DNA of 64,000 bases from an uncultured Eubacteriales bacterium (GTDB lineage Bacteria > Acidobacteriota > Aminicenantia > Aminicenantales > Aminicenantaceae): NCBI GenBank assembly GCA_964538085.1, contig CAZIDF010000002.1, positions 24,844-88,843 on the forward strand. Direction: 5' to 3'. Shown piece after piece: positions 61,214 through 64,000 of this stretch. How positions within the stretch are numbered: position 1 is the first letter of the stretch; each line of letters opens with the position of its first letter. The notes below the pieces were generated by a model. The model ran no database searches. It saw nothing but the letters and a program-made list of their open reading frames with translations, and was not told the DNA's origin. Made by a program: the position numbers and the translations under genes.

Positions 61214-63874
61214 TCATTCGCCCTTCAATCGAAAATGATAGGTGCCAGAACCGACTCTTATGATAACGTCGCTTTTGGTTTCTTCGACCATCCGGATGCC
61301 TGGTTCTCCGGTCAGGAATTTTTGTCCACCATAGACCTGGTTGCCGTTTTCTGTAAGCGTGACTCCCTCCCAATCGGATTTGGGTAGGTGAATTTCGGCT
61401 TGAGCATTCACAGGGATAATCACATCCAATGATAGGCTCCGGTCAGATCTTGTCCAGCCGCAATGGATCTTTCCTCGAGGCGTATGGATGGTTCCGGACA
61501 CGTAGTGCAGGTCTCGGACCATCTTCGGTTGGATCAGGATATTCCGGAATCCCGCATATCCTTCTGGCTGAGTGATGCCTGCCAAGGCTTGATATAGCCA
61601 AGCTCCCACGCTCCCGAACATAGGATGATTGTGCGAATTCATCGATGGCCCTGTTTTGAGCTGCCAGAGTTCCCAAAGTGTAGTGGCCCCGTTGGCGATC
61701 ATGTACCCCCAGCTGGGATAAGTGGTTTGGGTCGCCAATTCATAAGCCAGATCGGTGCACTGGTATTGGGTTAAGACTTCCATCAGGTATTTGGTGCCGA
61801 TGATGCCGGTTGTCAGGTGGGTGTCGTTTTTGTACAGGACGTCGCTTCGCAAGTTCCCGAAAACCGAACCTCTCTCCTCTTCCGGAACGATATCCAGATA
61901 AAGAGGAAGAAGATTAGCGGTTTGAGTTCCGTTGGCATAGTTTTTAGTTTTCGAATCGAAGTATTTATGATGAAAGGCCGTTCTGATTTTATCTGCCAGC
62001 GTTTTGTAGGTCTTGATTTCTGCATCGTATCCAAGGGCTTCGGCCATCATCTTCAGGATCGTGACATCATAATAGTAATAAAAGGACGACACAAAATCTC
62101 CCGGAGTTTTTTCGATGGCGACCCAGTCGCCGTAATAACTGAATTCCAAAAGCTCGTTCTTGGCTTTGGACCGCAGAAATTCCACATAGTCTTTTACTCC
62201 ATCATATTGGGATTTAAGGAGGGATTCATCGCCATAGTATCGGTACATATACCAACAGAGTAGAGGATAGGCGGTCCCCCATGCCGGATCGGCCGGACGC
62301 TGTCCCCAAATGTGTGGAACAGTATCTGTCAGCGAACCGTCTTTGCCTTGAACATCCTGGATATCTCGGATGAATTTAGTGTAAAACGCACCCATATCGA
62401 AATTCATCATAGCCTGCTCGGCTGTAAGATGGGCATCCCCTAGCCATCCCATCCGCTCATCCCTTTGGTTGCAGTCGGTCGGGATACTGTGGAGATTGGT
62501 TTTCTGGCTCCAAATGATAAGATGTTGCAACTGGTTCAGAATGGATTTCGAACATGAAAAATTTCCGATCTGTTTGACCGCCGTATGAACGACTTTACCT
62601 CGGATGGTGTCCATGTTCGGCACGCCAGGGAATCCTGTCAATTCCATATACCGGAAGCCGTGGTAGGTGAACCGGGGCGTGTATATTTCCTCTCCTTCGC
62701 CTTTAAGTATATAAACGTCCTCTGCTCGAGCGGATCGCAGGTTTTCTTGGTTGATCATGCCGTTTGCATACAAAAGTTCGGCATGCCGCAATCTCACCTC
62801 GGTCCCCTGGGGTCCAGAAACCCGTAATTCTACCCAGCCGCTGAAATTCTGCCCCATGTCATACACATAAACATCCGGTTGCGGATTTGTCATTCTTTCA
62901 GGAACGATCGTATCCAGGACTTGAATAGGGGGGATCATTTGTGCCGAAAGCGTTCCCTTGGGAACGAAACCGGTCTCGACAGATAACCATGTTTCCTCAT
63001 CGTATCCCGGCTTGTCCCAACCCGGCGTTTCCAACCGCGCGTCATAGACCTCTCCATTGTAGATATCGTCTTGAACGATCGGGCCATCTGTCTGTTTCCA
63101 GGTTGGGTCGCTGTATATCGACATTGTCTCTCCTCCCTCCAATTGGATATTGAGCTGGAGCATGAGGAGCCGAACCGAACTCCATCCCCTTCCGATTTTC
63201 ACCCCAAGGGCGTTATCCCCATTCTGGAGCATATCGGTTACATCATAGGAGGAGTAGAGAATCCTTTTTTCGTAGGTGGTATAACCGGGATCGAGCACGT
63301 TGTTCCCGACTTTTTGGCCGTTTATGCGCAATTCATAGTATCCGAGGCCGCTTACGTACACACGGCCGCGTTTGACTTGACCGTTGACAGCAAATTCTTT
63401 CCGCAGCTGATTTTTTCCTCCTATCCATTCTCCTTCCCAGTCTTCCGGGTGAAACAATCCAGTATCGAAACGGGCCACTTGACTGTAGGGGCTGGGCTTA
63501 TCTTGATTATCCCAGTATCGCACCTTCCAGAAGTATGTGCGATCGCTCTCAAGAGATTTTCCCTCGAAAGCCACAAGCAAAGATCGATCGGATGTGACTT
63601 TTTTTGAATCCCAAACATCCGCGTTTTCCGCGAAGGGATCTGTGGATACGATCACCTGGTAAGCGGTTTGATCTTGGCCGCGTTCCGAGTGCTCCAGCAT
63701 CCATGAAAATCTCGGTTTTTCGACATCAATTCCTATTGGATTCTCGAGGTACTCGCAGCGGAGATTTTTGGGAGGAAAGGGCCCGACCATCTCCTCTGAA
63801 GCATGTATCTGATAAGGGAGAAAAATGAAGACAAAAGCTGCCATCATTACTTTTATCCAGGGCTGTACATCCAT
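61214..63874 (-). CDS. Glycoside hydrolase family 78 (alpha-L-rhamnosidase), secreted
   Basis: LRCEY..P.G.D..PRFSW, DMGQNFSG, FTYHGFRY, PTDCNQRDERMGWLGD, GATTLWE.W, SHNH. Confidence 0.93.
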   Translation of the reverse strand: MDVQPWIKVMMAAFVFIFLPYQIHASEEMVGPFPPKNLRCEYLENPIGIDVEKPRFSWMLEHSERGQDQTAYQVIVSTDPFAENADVWDSKKVTSDRSLLVAFEGKSLESDRTYFWKVRYWDNQDKPSPYSQVARFDTGLFHPEDWEGEWIGGKNQLRKEFAVNGQVKRGRVYVSGLGYYELRINGQKVGNNVLDPGYTTYEKRILYSSYDVTDMLQNGDNALGVKIGRGWSSVRLLMLQLNIQLEGGETMSIYSDPTWKQTDGPIVQDDIYNGEVYDARLETPGWDKPGYDEETWLSVETGFVPKGTLSAQMIPPIQVLDTIVPERMTNPQPDVYVYDMGQNFSGWVELRVSGPQGTEVRLRHAELLYANGMINQENLRSARAEDVYILKGEGEEIYTPRFTYHGFRYMELTGFPGVPNMDTIRGKVVHTAVKQIGNFSCSKSILNQLQHLIIWSQKTNLHSIPTDCNQRDERMGWLGDAHLTAEQAMMNFDMGAFYTKFIRDIQDVQGKDGSLTDTVPHIWGQRPADPAWGTAYPLLCWYMYRYYGDESLLKSQYDGVKDYVEFLRSKAKNELLEFSYYGDWVAIEKTPGDFVSSFYYYYDVTILKMMAEALGYDAEIKTYKTLADKIRTAFHHKYFDSKTKNYANGTQTANLLPLYLDIVPEEERGSVFGNLRSDVLYKNDTHLTTGIIGTKYLMEVLTQYQCTDLAYELATQTTYPSWGYMIANGATTLWELWQLKTGPSMNSHNHPMFGSVGAWLYQALAGITQPEGYAGFRNILIQPKMVRDLHYVSGTIHTPRGKIHCGWTRSDRSLSLDVIIPVNAQAEIHLPKSDWEGVTLTENGNQVYGGQKFLTGEPGIRMVEETKSDVIIRVGSGTYHFRLKGE

Positions 63875-64000
63875 ATCGACCTCCTTTTTTCCCTGCGATG
63901 GGGATTGTACGCAAGATTGGGAAAAACATCAATAGACCTTTTGCGTTTGACAGCTGCGGGTGAGTGTGGTAATTGGAATTTTGAGAACTCGAGGAGCTAA

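Overview
A 64 kb bacterial chromosomal window with no rRNA, tRNA, CRISPR array, integrase or transposase that I can see. Gene content and style (zinc-ribbon/Ser-Thr kinase/TM/TPR proteins, GH97/GH95/GH78, bifunctional FTCD) suggest an anaerobic Gram-negative such as Ca. Aminicenantes, which is an inference only. Most of the window is housekeeping or catabolic: lsrF operon, hydantoinase/oxoprolinase pair with NRAMP-like permease, znuACB, ftcD, M16 pair, metK-ahcY, rimO-pgpA-cinA-thpR-plsY-gpsA, and asnS. The best candidate for an undescribed system is at 1-7704. A 103-aa protein with a helical leader and a Gly/Pro-rich tail (..EEDSSWPDGDGGGCHGPGSPVV) has its own promoter and lies 28 nt upstream of a radical SAM/SPASM enzyme. 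The enzyme's CxxxCxxC motif is separated from the rest of the gene by a frameshift in an A10 tract. The pair sits between two paralogous membrane Ser/Thr kinase-TPR genes, one intact and one deleted into a pseudogene, and near a lipoprotein with an IdeS/papain-like Cys motif that the ORF track missed. Other signals include a two-copy ~120-bp palindromic element after ahcY, a ~195-nt rod-like RNA candidate (possibly 6S) between rimO and asnS, several degenerate catalytic motifs, and possible dual-start RidA and MsrBA genes.
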